Source of the DNA: Ancylonema sp.
Taxonomy: Eukaryota
Assembly: GCA_050230475.1 (NCBI GenBank)
Contig: JBFLGF010000019.1
Location: 114,576-134,575, forward strand
Length of the DNA stretch: 20,000 nt
Reading direction: 5' to 3'
Position 1 is the first letter of the stretch, and each line of letters begins with the position of its first letter. A program made the translations under genes and the position numbers. Below, piece by piece: positions 19,903-20,000 of the stretch. The notes below the pieces were generated by a model. It worked only from the letters and a program-made list of their open reading frames with translations. It did not search any database and was not told the DNA's origin.

Positions 19903-20000
19903 GATTGCTTGCTAATCAAGAATCGATGCATCTGTTGCTGTAATCTTGTGTCGCTCTCGTTACTTTTAAGCCGTCAAGTAAGAGTAGCGTGTGATAGCTT

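Overview
Eukaryotic, transposon-only window with no intact host gene. The host is inferred to be a green alga or early-diverging streptophyte, which the sequence alone cannot prove. It is a nest of decayed elements: (1) a minus-strand chromovirus-type Ty3/gypsy body (1-3340) with a solo LTR in its gag; (2) an internally deleted chromovirus (3341-4046); (3) a plus-strand chromovirus 3' half (4047-12693) interrupted by a Mutator-like MITE and by a full-length degenerate Ty1/copia (5776-12231); (4) a truncated Ty3/gypsy pol carrying a DNMT3-like C5 cytosine methyltransferase domain upstream of RT (about 13260-16053); (5) a large fold-back repeat in three alternately oriented copies (16054-19902), with an extreme AT-rich spacer and a pogo/Tigger-like MITE. 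The main points of interest are the methyltransferase-encoding retrotransposon and two LTR-element insertions with abnormally long target-site duplications (15 bp and 26 bp), one of them with non-canonical LTR ends.
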